Both the position numbers and the translations under genes were made by a program. A stretch of DNA of 62,898 nucleotides, filler included, from Hyphochytrium catenoides (Eukaryota; Protista; Hyphochytriomycota): assembly GCA_900088475.1 (NCBI GenBank). It is 5 parts of 5 records of this genome, joined end to end, with 100 filler letters (N's around TTAATTAATTAA, not from the genome) between each part and the next. Parts side by side here need not be neighbours in the genome. Positions count along the whole stretch, not along the records: positions 45,817 to 56,840 come from FLMG01001636.1; positions 56,941 to 62,898 come from FLMG01000677.1; 3 more parts are not named here. One strand, 5' to 3'. The notes under the pieces were generated by a model that saw nothing but the letters and a program-made list of their open reading frames with translations, made no database searches and was not told where the DNA came from. Position 1 is the first letter of the stretch, and the number at the start of each line of letters is the position of its first letter. Below are positions 51,207 through 62,898 of this stretch, one piece after another.

Positions 51207-52430
51207 CTAACGTTTCTTATTGGTCGGGAGTCGTGATAGCGTCATGCTAGAGCGCGGCACACGCCTACCACGCTCCAGGAGTCTAGAGCTCCTCCTGAGA
51301 GCCGAACTGTGCAGGTAGACTTCCTTATCGGTTGCTGGACTGATGGGGTCTTCTGACGGAAGAGGAAGAAGAGAGTCTACAGGAGGCTCGGCTGTAGGCA
51401 CGACTGGAGTAACGGCTTGCACTTCTTCAACGTCCTGCACCTCGCGCCTTTTCGAAGATGATGAGGAGTGCGTCAACTGCTTCTTCTGCTGATCGATGCT
51501 GAGGTCCAGAGGGAAAGAAGACTTAGAGGAAGTTGTTGCTTTGGCAGAGGAAGTTGTTGCTTTGGCAGTTGATGAGACAGGAGAGTTGGCACGTGCTTGT
51601 TCTTCAGCCTTGTCGTTAGCGGCATGATTCTGTTTGCCGTTAGCGACGTTGCGGTAAGGGGCTTTATCAATGATAGAGTGCCTTGTCCGTAACAGCTTAT
51701 TTTCTGGATAATCAGCCGGAAGATCACACAGAATCACGTGATTAGTCTTTTCAGTGATTCTGCGGTGAAGATTATATTCTGATTCTGTGGACCTTGGGCC
51801 ATCAATCTCTCAATAAACTCAAGAAGACGCAGACGCAGACAGCAAAAAAGCTTCGTCAGTTGGGCTGTCTGATGCTTGAAGCACCGATGATAGAAGTCTG
51901 GAAGTGATCCCTCTTTTTGAAGAACATAACTCATAGGTACGATAGGTACCTTCCCACTACCACGGGCCATTGTGAAGTTAAGGGGAAGCTAAAGATGAAA
52001 GCTGCGGTCAGAGTCAATAGGCGAGCCACGCTTGGTGCGAGCCAAGTTTCGAGGGCGCTTCCCAAGGTACCGATTCAGCCGCATGGACCTGCTCCTCCTT
52101 TCGCTTCAAGCCCTCCTTGACTGAACGTACACTCTTAGGACACCCAAGTCAGACACTTTGCTAAAAAGCCTGCGAAAGGGGGTGCAGCATCTAAAGCTGT
52201 CTCCAATGCTACCCTTCCGTTTAAGACCCATGCACCCGTCAATATTCTGAAAGATGGAAAGGTAAGAATGCCCACAAAAGCAGGCTAGGCACTCCACGCC
52301 CCAAGAAGAGAAAGTTGGCCTTACCTTTTGCTCTCGGCCTAAACAGGACCCGGAGCTCAAAGCAATCGAAGACTATCCTCCTTGGGTGTCTACCCTCACT
52401 AGGCCTCTTCCTTCCTTCCAGGATATTCAT
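51207..52430 (-). CDS. Hypothetical protein (probably spliced; S/P/R-rich last exon)
   Basis: About 190 open codons at 51207-51800 with non-repetitive protein-like composition, plus a possible first exon from 52430 ending in an AAG|GTAAGG donor. No family recognised; exon structure unresolved. Confidence 0.35.
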
Positions 52431-52780
52431 AAATCAGTGCCTACCTATAAGGACCTCTTTGAGCTCAACACTTATATTGCCTACAGATACTTCAAGCTAG
52501 GTAATAGGAAGCGCATTAAGGAGAAGAACTTGGACAAGCTAAACTCATGAGGAGGTTTAAATCTTATCTATTATTCCCAACCAACAGTGGCATCGCCTTC
52601 GCAATTGTAGGCTCGTGTAGGGCTGGACTGGTGAGATTCGGGTGAGGTTTCAGCTGGCCAACATGAGTAGAGATTGCACTCGAAGCTGTCGAAGGTTGCC
52701 TTGGGCAGCCGCCTGTGGAGGGGCAGTGCAGACATTGACAAAAAGCCCAAGGACAAGATAGCTTGTGATAAGATTACTAC

Positions 52781-55587
52781 TTAGTCAATAGTGGCGGTCA
52801 GGGCGTCCATTAGAGCTCGTTGGCAGTAGAGAGGCAGATCACAGTCCTTGCTTCTGGCAACCTCGACCACCTTTATGGGACCAAAGCGTTCGTCCACTTC
52901 CTCTTGAGATATTGATAGCTTGTTATTAAAGGTAACGGACGAGAGACGGGCAAAGAATGGAGCTCGTGAGTGCCACTGCCGTATGTCGGACATTTTGGGA
53001 GACACCTACCCCTTCGCTGACATGGAATATATGAGTCAGGTAGCGGTGGGCAGGGAAGGTTTGTCCTGGTTGGAGGTGGGCATTCAGTGTCTCCACCACT
53101 CTTTCGATGTACTCCGAAACTAGACATGAAACAACGTCTGAGCTGAGTGGATGCTGAACCATCTAATTGTGTCGAGCGTGCGATAGGATAAACGGATAGC
53201 ACAAGTGAATACAAGGACAATGGGGCAGCTAAAGTGCTTACCAGTTAAGCCATGTGTTTCTCGGTCATGGAAACCGTTCAAGATCAGTATCTTCTTGATG
53301 TCCATTTCCGCTATGGTCAATGCTAGCTCCTTGAAGAGCAGACATGGAAGAAGAGAGGTAAAAAGAGAGCCCATGGCATAAATAATGCTCCTCTTTCTGC
53401 GTAATGTATGCACCACTCGGGGGTTGATGGCCGGGCTTATCTCGTTATTATCTGAGTTGACGTAGAATATCCTTTTAATGGGCGCGGGAAGAACTTCATA
53501 GGACCTCTGGTCCTTCAACACTAGCGTGTCCAGTGAGACATCCGAGGGAAGCGATGAGCGCGGCAGCGGGTGAGATATCTCATTCTGTCCCAGAAGGCGC
53601 TCGCCATTGCACAGCTCTGCACCAAGGGTCATCGCCTGCAATGAAAGCAAGGCTTAGTATTGGCATACATCGGCTCGTAGAGTAGTTACGGACATTTAGT
53701 GTTGAAAGTTTAAAATGTATTCTACAAGCGGTAGGGGGACCTGAGGTGAGGATAGCCACATTCTGTCTGCTCATTGCGGCAAACTGCATAGTAAGGATAA
53801 AAGAACGGCCATAGTGAGGATCAGATAGTCTGGAAAAGACGCATTAAAAAAGTTGAGCGGCAGATTCTTGGGCACCTTATTGCTGTTGATGACAGGGATG
53901 ACCTCGGTCCGGGGAGGTATTCCTGCAATGCCACTAAACCAAAAGATTGCAGCCTCCAAAGAGTTGAAGAATAGCCTTGCCCCTGCATCCACTGTCAAAC
54001 ACTCATTGCCACAAGGGTCTCTCTCTTTCTCTCTTTCTCTCTCACTCCCAATTGTCATCTGAACCTTCAGTGCCTCTGTGTGAGGTAATTTGACATACAT
54101 TGCGAGCAGAAGATGTCCTCACCTGTAAAAAAGAAGTTTCCTATACTACCATTTCTCAGGTTAAACGTAGGCCCAGCAGTGCGTAGCATCTCTGAGTTGA
54201 AGTGCAGAAGAAATGCCCTGACCGTCTGCTTGAAGGGATCCGAGATGTCAGCCCAAAGCCTATGGTCAGCATAAGATAGCACAATAGTGGGCACGAACAG
54301 ACAGACACCGGGAAAAGGTGTCAGGAAACGAGATCTAAAGAGCACGTAATAACATGAACGAACGATGGATACAAAAAAGAAGGGAGTCTCAGGAATCTGC
54401 AGATACTCTGCCAAAGAGAGTAAGAAGACAAGAAAGAGAGTGAGGCCAGGCGAGGCAAGACTGAGGCTAAAACACTCAAGAGAGAGAGAGAGAGAAGAAT
54501 GAGGAAGGTGGGAGGTTGAGTTCCAACAAAGACAACTGGATAGGGCAACAGAGGTAGCGATAGGTTCTACCGGTGGCTTCCTTCGACGAGCTGTAGCCAT
54601 TCCAGCTTCAAGGCCCCGTCATCGACATCAGCAGGAAGCCGATGCTGCAGAAGCTCCTTGAGGGCTTTGCTCTCATCAGTACTCTCATCTGCTAAGCGAA
54701 CCAGACGACTGCGGATATCGCCTGCGTGCACATGTTATATAGGCAAATGATGGACCGTACAGGACCAGAGATCCTTCTCACTAGAGGATAAACAATAGGA
54801 TGTGAAAGAAACAGACCAGACAGACAAAGAGCTTAGGCAAGTAGGAGGGCACCAGTCAAGAGAAATGGAAAGATCAAGTAGATGAAAAGCGTGTGTGAGA
54901 CAGAGATATAGGGAGAGACGGAGGCTAGGAGGGAGAGACAGAGGCAAGGAGAGAGTTTGCAGGTTTGATCTGTAAGGAAGAGCAGTCACCGACACAAATG
55001 TGATATCGATGCACTACGGGACTCTCAAAACTTACCAATAGCAGGCCCACCGAGTACACGACTGATCTCATACGTACTGCCGCCATTGTCTACGCAATGT
55101 GGCAAGCAGAGTAGGACCTCAGGAGACTAAGAGGAACGAACACGAGGATCGACAGAAAGAAATATAGGGGAGCCGTTCAATGCTACTAGAAAGAAGATAT
55201 ACCTGATATGGGCATGATGTAGGCGATGTCGTCGGTGATATGCTGAAGCTCCTGGCAAATAAGGTTGGCTGCACTGCCTCCTGATATGACCAAGAGACTT
55301 GGCTCTCTGGGTGGGCGGTATGCCAATCCAGCCTCAAAAAATCCCAGCCCTGATGTATCTGCAGGTGACAAAAATGGATTCAGTAGCCTTCGGCTCCGGG
55401 GCTTTCGACTTGCGCTAACTGGGGCCACTCTTTCCGCCCCGGGGAATGAGCCTTCGGCTGATTTTGCTGGCGGAGTCACATTGTCCTCATCATTGTCCTC
55501 CTCCCCCTGGTCTGGAGAAGACATCGGAAGAGGGATCTCGAACCGCAGCTTATTAGGTCTCGTGCCGGCAGCTTGAGGAGTCTCCAT
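52781..55587 (-). CDS. UPF0052 / CofD-YvcK-like protein (yeast YNL011C / plant MEE18 type), ~8 exons
   Basis: LLVISGGSAAN, YIMPIS|DNGGSTYEISRVLGGPAIG|DIRSRLVRLA, FNLRNGSIGNFFFTG|ARLFFNSLEAAIF, LGAELCNGERLLGQNEISHP, IKRIFYVN, IIYAMGSLFTSLLPCL, KILILNGFHDRET. Confidence 0.9.
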
Positions 55588-56058
55588 TGGAGGGTTAAAC
55601 AAAAGGTTCCAATCGCGGTTTCTTGCGCTGCCCAGACCCTCATCTGTAGGCCCATGGCTCTACAACGGCATCCGTAGATCGTCTACTTGGCTAGCTCTAC
55701 AGCTTGAAGCTCAAGCAGCATGCATCTGCACTCTTTTGCTGCACAAGCCCAAAAAACTTCATCCAGGAAAGCGCGCAATAAATCTTCAATAATGAATTGA
55801 TAATCACTTTGGTCAACGTCCTGGTTATCAGGGGGCTCATTGTAACCACCCTGGGCTACCCTATTATTACTGCTAGATGACGGGTTTAATCGGCTTTATA
55901 GAGGTGACATGGGGTTGTACTATTATGACAATTGGTAGAATGAAAGGCTTTTTCCTCTCTGTCTCTTGTCTGTCTTTATGTCCCTCTCCTCTTCCCTCTC
56001 TCTCTCTCTCTTCCCTCTCTCTCTCTCTCTCTCTCTTTCCCCCTCTCTCTCGCTCTCT

Positions 56059-56092
<34 letters not shown>

Positions 56093-56478
56093 CGCTCTCG
56101 CTCTCTCTGTGTCCCACTCTCCTCTCTCATGTCTGTCCTCCTCCCTGTCATCAATCTCTTCTGTTCTCTGTATCAGCCGTTCTCACTGTCTTCACTCCTC
56201 TCAGGCATTCTGTTCGTTCCTCTTCTTGCTCGATTTAGCTCTGAGCTCTGCTTGCCATTGGCTCCGGTAGCTCCGTCCTCAAACCTTTGCCCGCAGCACC
56301 TCTGCCACCGAAGTTATGTCTCTTCTATAGACGGCTCGCAGCGCTGTCACCACTAGGTTTTTATCCTCAAGCCCAACACGTCATCAGTGATCGATTTATC
56401 TTGAAGATAGAGGGGAAGAGAGACCTCAGGCTTCCAGGAGACGAGGGCCGGCCTACTGCGGCTTGAAGGTCGTCAACA

Positions 56479-56643
56479 ATGCCAAAGAACCCTTGCAAGG
56501 TGGTGGTGAGGACGAGGCCGACAGCCAACTTTGCTACTTCTCAGATTTTCATCAAGCCCGATGAGAACTCAATCACAGTGGTTAACCGTTCAGTCTCAGA
56601 AGGGGAGGGACCGTCCAATAAGAAGGTATGGGCCTTCAGAAAG

Positions 56644-56674
<31 letters not shown>

Positions 56675-56840
56675 TCTCCCATCGATACCAGTTCCTCCTC
56701 ACAGCGTTGCTGTATTTGTAGGAAAGCTGGAAGTTCAAGTTCCATAATGTTCTGCATAATGTAAGCCAGGAGACTGTGTATGACACTCTGGCGCGCGATG
56801 TGGTGCAAGGCTCCATCGACGGAGTCAATGGCTCTCTCAT
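56479..56840 (+). CDS. KIF9: Kinesin-9 family motor (KIF9-like), N-terminal two exons; cut by the contig join
   Basis: MPKNPCKVVVRTRPTANFA..SNKK|ESWKFKFHNVLHNVSQETVYDTLARDVVQGSIDGVNGSL. The RxxPTxxFA and W.FK...VLH..SQ..VY pattern is KIF9-like; intron 56626-56721. Confidence 0.8.
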
Positions 56841-56940
56841 NNNNNNNNNNNNNNNNNNNNNNNNNNNNNNNNNNNNNNNNNNNNTTAATTAATTAANNNN
56901 NNNNNNNNNNNNNNNNNNNNNNNNNNNNNNNNNNNNNNNN
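56841..56940. other. Artificial contig-join linker (N44-TTAATTAATTAA-N44)
   Basis: Same 100-nt construct. Confidence 0.95.
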
Positions 56941-57233
56941 CGCACTTTCTCTCTCTCACGCCCTCTTTCTCTCTCCCTCTCTCTCTCCTCTTGCTCCTGG
57001 TGAGATTAACGTATCTCTCAATAACCCATCTCCAGCTCCATGAAAATTGGAGAGAGAGAGAGAGAGACTCCCATCCCTTCCTCCTCTTGTTTCTTATCAC
57101 TGCCTCTTTCCATTAGCCCCTGCTTAATTGGGGTCAGAACTCTCTTCTTTTGGTCCTCTTCACGCCGTCTTGAGCTCTTTTTCCATTCATTTTCGCTATG
57201 AAACTCTGGCGCGGTGGCCTCTCCGCTCTTCCC

Positions 57234-59314
57234 TTAGGAAATGCTGGCGCCCGGAGTGATGATCTTCCGCGCAGGAGCTGCCGCTTTGGCCTCCGACGTC
57301 CCTCCTTTAGAGAGAGAGAGAGAGTGTGTGGAAAGCGTAAGATTACAAGGGTCCAAAACGAAGAGAAAATAAAGAGAGAGAAAGAGAGGGAAGAAGGGGA
57401 AAGAGAGAGAGAGAGAAAGTTTTCTCTCGCCAACCTGTCGCTACTTTCCCAGAGAGGAACTTCTGATAGTCTGCGTGCGTGTTCTCCTTCAGTAGCTCTC
57501 GCAGGGCCATCGTCGCATACGCGGAGCGAGCTTTAGAAGAGAAATGGAACGTAAGAGACACCAACAGTGAGAGAGAGAGAGAGAGATACAGAGAGAGGGA
57601 AACAGAGAGAGAGAGAAAGAGAGAGAGCAGAATGCTGTGAACCAAATAGGTTCTATGTTTTCCCTGCGTTTTGTCTCTAGGACCACGTATTATCGTTCTC
57701 TCTTGCTCTCTACTTCCCTCTCCTTTCTAGTGTCTGTCTTCCTCTCTCTCCCTTTCTATCACTCCCTAATCTCTCCTCCCCTCTCTTCTTCTCCTATCCA
57801 CTCCCTAACACGGTTGGCCTCTCTCTCTCTCAATCACATTCGCTCTCTCCCCCGTAGAGACTTCCATTGGCCTCTGGCTGGCTTGTTGGCTCTTTGTCTC
57901 TCTGTACCTCTCTCTCTCTTCTCTCTCTCTCTCTTTTTCTTCCTTTTTTTGTTCTTTACGACTCTTATTTCCCGCCTTCTTTTCTCTCTCTCTCTCTGTC
58001 TCACTCTCTCTTTCTACTTTTAGTCTTTACGACTCTTATTTCCCGTCTTTCTCTGAGTGTCTCTCTCTCTGTGTCTCTCTCTGTTTCTCTCTCTGTCTCT
58101 CTCTCTTCATTTGCTCCCAGAGCGTCCTACCGAGGTTGAACTTGACTCTCAAAGCCTTGTGCGCCCCTTCAGGATCCTCCTGCACTTCTCTCCTGCCGTG
58201 CATGAGATCCAGATCCGTCACTGTCAGCGCCACCTGGGAGACAAAATTGAGTCAGAGACAGAAAGAAGAGAGAAAAGGCGTCTTTCACGGGATAGACTGG
58301 CCAGCTTCGGGAGAGGGAGAAAGAGAGAGAGAGAGGGAGAGAGAGAGAGAGGAAGGAGAGAGAGACTCAGCGAGAGAGAGAGAGAGAGTCTCAGAGAGAG
58401 AGTCTCAGCGAGAGAGAGAGAAACAGGAAAAGAGAGAGAGAGGTCTAAGAAAAGAAAGGGAGAGTAGGGGAAAAGGCAGTACCAACAGACTAGGAGATAG
58501 CTTAAGCAGGTTTTTTTAGAGAGAGAGAGAGGGACACAGAAACGGAGAGCGAGGGAGACGATACCGGGAGAGGAAGATGCTCATACAAGCTACAAAAACA
58601 TTGACGAGAAGGACTCACTCCCGCGACACAGAAGAGACGAGACAAGATGACGAAGCCAGAGAATATATCTGCGAGAAGTGAGAGGAAGACAGGAAGAGAG
58701 AAAGAGAGAGGGAGAGAGAGAAAGAGAGAAAGAGAGAGCGACAGAGAGAGAGAGAAGCCATGCTCTTCCTTACGCTGGGGTCGCTGTACTTGACAATGGC
58801 GCTCTCCTTCACTTCTGGCTTGAGGAGCAGCTCTCTGTACCCGCCTTGCATGTTAGGGAGAGAGAGCTTCGGCACGCGAAAGGCGTTTAACGTGATCCCG
58901 TCCGCCTCCAGTAGGGACTGTAAGCCATACATATTGTTAGAGGAGAGAGTTGACACAGATGGTGGCGAGAGAGAGAGAGACAAGGGAGAAGGAGAGAGAG
59001 AGAGACAAGGAGAGAGGGAAAGAGAAGAGGAGAGAGAGAGGAAAGGAAAAGGAGCTTGATTGGTCACTTTCTTCCTCTGATTCATTCCCAGACGAAGATG
59101 TCGAATATCAAAGAAAAAGCAAAGAGAGTTTGTGCGTCGACGTGTAGGGAAGAGAAAGAGAGAGAGAGGGAGAGAGAGAATAGTCTGACGTGATAAGGAG
59201 GCGGCATAAGCCGAGTGCAGAGAGGAAAGTAAAGCGAGAGGGAAGCGGTGAACGGGGAACAGAGAGGGACGAAGAGCACCCAAAGAGAAGGAGTAGGACG
59301 CTGTGTGTGTGTAC

Positions 59315-59356
<42 letters not shown>

Positions 59357-59742
59357 CAGATGGCGTACCTGATATGTCTCTTTCACTTTGTTCTCCGGCA
59401 TGACTGTCTTATATCCTGGAAGAGGAAGAACCACGTCGAAGATGGAGAAAGCTCCGCTTTCAATGTCTTTCTCGGAGAGAATGTGGACTCTCCCTCTCAG
59501 CTCGACCGCCTCATCTCCCACTACTTCTGCCTCGAGGTCCAATCCCTCTTCCTCTTCTTCTCCCTCTTCTTTCCCGGGGTCCTCTGTCTCTTCCGGATCT
59601 TTCTCTTCTTCTCCGTCTTTCCCATTTCTGACCAGCACCAGGTCGCCCGCCACAGGCTTATCGCTCCCTAGAAGATAGAAGTGAGTCCCCTTCCGAAGAG
59701 AGAGAGAGAGGAAGAAAGAGAGAGAGAGACGGAGAGAAAAAT

Positions 59743-59781
<39 letters not shown>

Positions 59782-60047
59782 CAATAAGAGAGAGAGAGAG
59801 AGAAAAGAGAGAGAAAAAGAGAGAAAGGGAGGAAAAGAGAGAGGTAAAGAAATCCAAGAAGAGAAGAAGGAGGAAATTGAGATTAAGTAAGGGAAAGAGA
59901 GACAGAGAGAAGGAGGAAGAAGTGGCGGGGCAGAGACCAAGAAAAACAGGAAGAGAATGAGAGAGCAAGAAATATAGTCGGAGACGAGGGATATTGAGGG
60001 ATGGGAATCAGAAAGCGAGCGAAAACAGAGACACAGAGAGAGAGAAG

Positions 60048-60083
<36 letters not shown>

Positions 60084-60367
60084 AGAAAGAGAGAGAGAAA
60101 AAAAGAAGAGAAGAGATACGGAACGAGAAGCAGGGTCGGCGACGAGAGGAGCGAGAGATAGAATCTGAAGGAGAGAGGGAAAGAAAAGAGAGAGACGGCG
60201 AGAGAAAGCAAGGAGAGAGCAGGATAGGACGCTTACCATAGAGCTCCAGCCTCGCAGTGGCTGCTTTGTTCCAGAGCAAACTTTGGTAGGCATGGACATA
60301 AAGCTGCAAAAAAAGAAACAGAAGTTTATCAGTAGGGGAGACAGGTCCCTTTGGGCCGTTCTGAAGC

Positions 60368-60403
<36 letters not shown>

Positions 60404-61718
60404 AGAAGAGGGCGAGAGAGAAAGAGAGAGGGAGAGAGAGAAAGAGAGAGGGGAAGAGAGAGAGAGAGANNNNNNNNNNNNNNNNNNNNNNNNNNNNNNN
60501 NNNNNNNNNNNNNNGAAAGAGAGAGAGAGAGGGAGAGAGAGAGAGAGAGTAGAGGGAGAGAGGAGACGTTTCTTACGAGTATAAAGCTCCGAGGAAGAGA
60601 ACGAGAGAGAGCGAAAGGCAAAGAGGGGAGAGGACAACGAACGGAAAGGAAACGCCCCATGAAAAAGAGAGGGAAAGACAACAAGAGAAAGGAGAAAGAA
60701 ATAGACGGGGGATAGAGAAGAGAAGACGAACTGGAAACGGGAAGAGAAACACCCAGCGAAGAAAGAGATAGACAAAGACAAGGGAGAGAGCGCAGCAAAA
60801 AGCCGAAAGAACCCTCACCGAGAAAGAGAAACAAAAATGGCACTCAAGAGAGAAAAGATCGGCGGTCAATACAGAGAAAGAGAGAGAGAGAGAAGGCAAC
60901 AAAGAGGAGAGAGAGAGAGAGGAAAAAGCAAGACTAAAGAGGAAGAATCCCGCTAAAACATCTCACCGAGAGAAGAGATCTTGGGACTCTGTGCAGCGCA
61001 TTGACAGAGTTCACGGGGACGCCGTGGGTGTAAGACTCTATCAGCGCTCTCTCCGCCACCATCCAGCGCGGCATCTTGTTCAGCACAGCCCGAGGATCCC
61101 TGAAGACCAGCTTTGGATTAGGATCATGCACCGATAACGAGGAAGAGGAGAGAGAGAGAAAGAAAGAGAGAGAGAGAAAGAGAGGGAGAGAGAAAGAGAG
61201 GGGGGAAGAGAGAGAGAGAAAGAAAGAGAGAGGGACAGAGGGGGAGAGAGAGAAAGAGAGCGAGAGAGAGAGAAGGAAAGAGACAGAGAGGGACAGAGAG
61301 AGAGAGAGAGGGACAGAGAGAGAGAGAGAGAGAGAGAAAGAGAAAGAAAGAGAGAAAAGAAGTAATAGAGAGGGAACACAGCCACGCAGGGCAAGAGACT
61401 AAACAACAGAAAAGGGAGAATTGTCTGAGACGGAAAAATGCAAGTGTGAGAGAGGAAGATAGCGAAGAAAGAAAGAGAGATTACCGTAGAGGAAAGGTCA
61501 AGAGAGAGAGAAAGAGAGAGGAAGAGAGAGAGAACTGAGTCCAAAGGCGATCGGACTTACTTCGTTCTAAACCAGAGCTCCTTCGCTTCTCTGACGGGCG
61601 GAGCATCAGAAGCTTTCACTCCCATGAAAAGAGCGTAGAGGTCCGCCCACTGACCGCGCAGCAGCAGCTGCCCATACTCGTAAGTAGGAGTGGAAGCCTG
61701 ACCGAATCGCTGAAGACC

Positions 61719-61764
<46 letters not shown>

Positions 61765-62444
61765 CCTTAAGAGGTACATCGACAAGGTAAGGAGGGCATA
61801 AGAGAAGGAAGACAGCACCAAGGTGTATGCGGTACAAAAGACGGAAGAGAGAGATCCACAGACAGAGAGAGAGAGAGAGACCAAGAGTAGGAGAAGGATG
61901 CCAACAGAGAGAGAAAGAAGGTGACGACAAGAGATGAGAGAGATGACCAGGCAAGCAAAAAAAGCGAGCAAGCCTGGAGGGAGAGAAACTAAAAGGAAAG
62001 GACAGAGAGAGAGAGAGAGAGAGAGACAGCAGGAGAGAGAGGACGTATCCCTACTGACCAAAATAGTTAATAAAGCCTCTCTCTCCCCATTCTTTTACTT
62101 TCTCTCTCACTCTATCGTCCTCTTCCGTGACTCCTCTCAGGACAATGTCAAACTGATTGCCTTTGAGCTGTCCAACACGGAGACGAATGTGAGAGAAAGA
62201 GAAGTTCCCCACTGTCAATCCTGCGCCGCGCAGTCTATTAACTCGAGCTATCTTCTCTGGAGGCACCCTGATCGTGAAGCAGAGATAGCGGAAAAGGGGT
62301 GGGCGAAGAGAGGAGAGAAAGAGAGAGAAAGAGAGAGAAAGGAGAGAGAGTATGAGAGAGAGGAGAGGGAGTAAGGACAAAAGATCGCAAACGGAGGAAA
62401 GAAGAGAGAGCGAAGGAGAGAGAGAGGGACAAGGAGATCAATAA

Positions 62445-62484
<40 letters not shown>

Positions 62485-62898
62485 GAGACAGAGAGAGAGA
62501 CAGAGAGAAAGAGAGAGAGAGAGAGAGACAGAGAGAGAGAGAGAGGGACAGCGAGAGAGAGAGAGAGAGAGGGACAGAGGCAGAGAGAGAGGGACAGAGA
62601 GAGAGAGGGACAGAGAGAGAGAGACAGAGAGAGAGAGAGAGAAACAAAGAGCGGTGCTAGAGCAAGAAGACGCCAAGGAGGGATAGAGCTGAACTCTTTA
62701 CCTGTATGCGCAGCACTTCTGGAAGGTGACGGCTCTTTTATCCTTAATACCAGCGAAAGAGAGACATTTATCCTTCACACCGACCACGCGGGCGATCGTT
62801 TTCATCGCTGAGAGCATCTCCATGTTCGTCTTGTGCAGGACAAAATGGATGTAGTCGCCTAGAAGAGGGAGAGGGAGAGGGAGAGGGAGAGAGAGAGA
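57234..62898 (-). CDS. PUS7: Pseudouridine synthase, TruD family (PUS7); 5' end outside the window
   Basis: YIHFVLHKTN..FAGIKDKRAVTFQ, LRVGQLKGNQFDIVLR, GFINYF|GLQRFG, LYVHAYQSLLWNKAATARL, PVAGDLV, IFDVVLPLPG, GGYRELLLKP, VKFNL|ARSAYATMALRELLK. The last exon and stop are inferred from splice phase. Confidence 0.93.

Noticed and set aside
195-62676. Hundreds of ORFs rich in SLSLSL or ERERER
   Set aside because: They are translations of stop-free (CT)n/(GA)n tracts in introns and intergenic DNA, not genes.
1-62898. tRNA, rRNA, CRISPR arrays, intact transposase or reverse transcriptase
   Set aside because: None seen on manual reading; small ncRNAs cannot be excluded without a covariance-model search.

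Overview
Eukaryotic, intron-rich genomic DNA from a flagellated protist (inferred from a kinesin-9 gene; exact lineage not determinable). It uses the standard genetic code, and many introns and flanks are saturated with (CT)n/(GA)n microsatellites. The window is not continuous: four 100-nt N44-TTAATTAATTAA-N44 linkers join five segments (1-8920, 9021-22704, 22805-45716, 45817-56840, 56941-62898), and four genes are cut at these joins. Genes reconstructed by hand-splicing: ketohexokinase-like PfkB kinase, TCTP, sphingosine/ceramide kinase (partial), glutamate carboxypeptidase II-like M28B peptidase, a TPR-like protein, organellar-type TrpRS (partial), glutathione peroxidase (partial), an intronless ankyrin protein, an intronless armadillo protein, GH47 alpha-1,2-mannosidase, a UPF0052/CofD-like protein, KIF9-like kinesin (partial) and PUS7/TruD (partial). 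Most ORFs in the supplied track are microsatellite artefacts. The strongest leads are: (1) mixed-repeat introns consistently have GA at the 5' end and CT at the 3' end, so they could fold back and bring the splice sites together; (2) a diverged ~300-bp repeat family in inverted and direct orientation at 40.7-44.4 kb within a gene-poor region that also holds a decayed ubiquitin-like domain; (3) microsatellites invading exons. No clearly novel multi-gene system can be demonstrated from the sequence alone.
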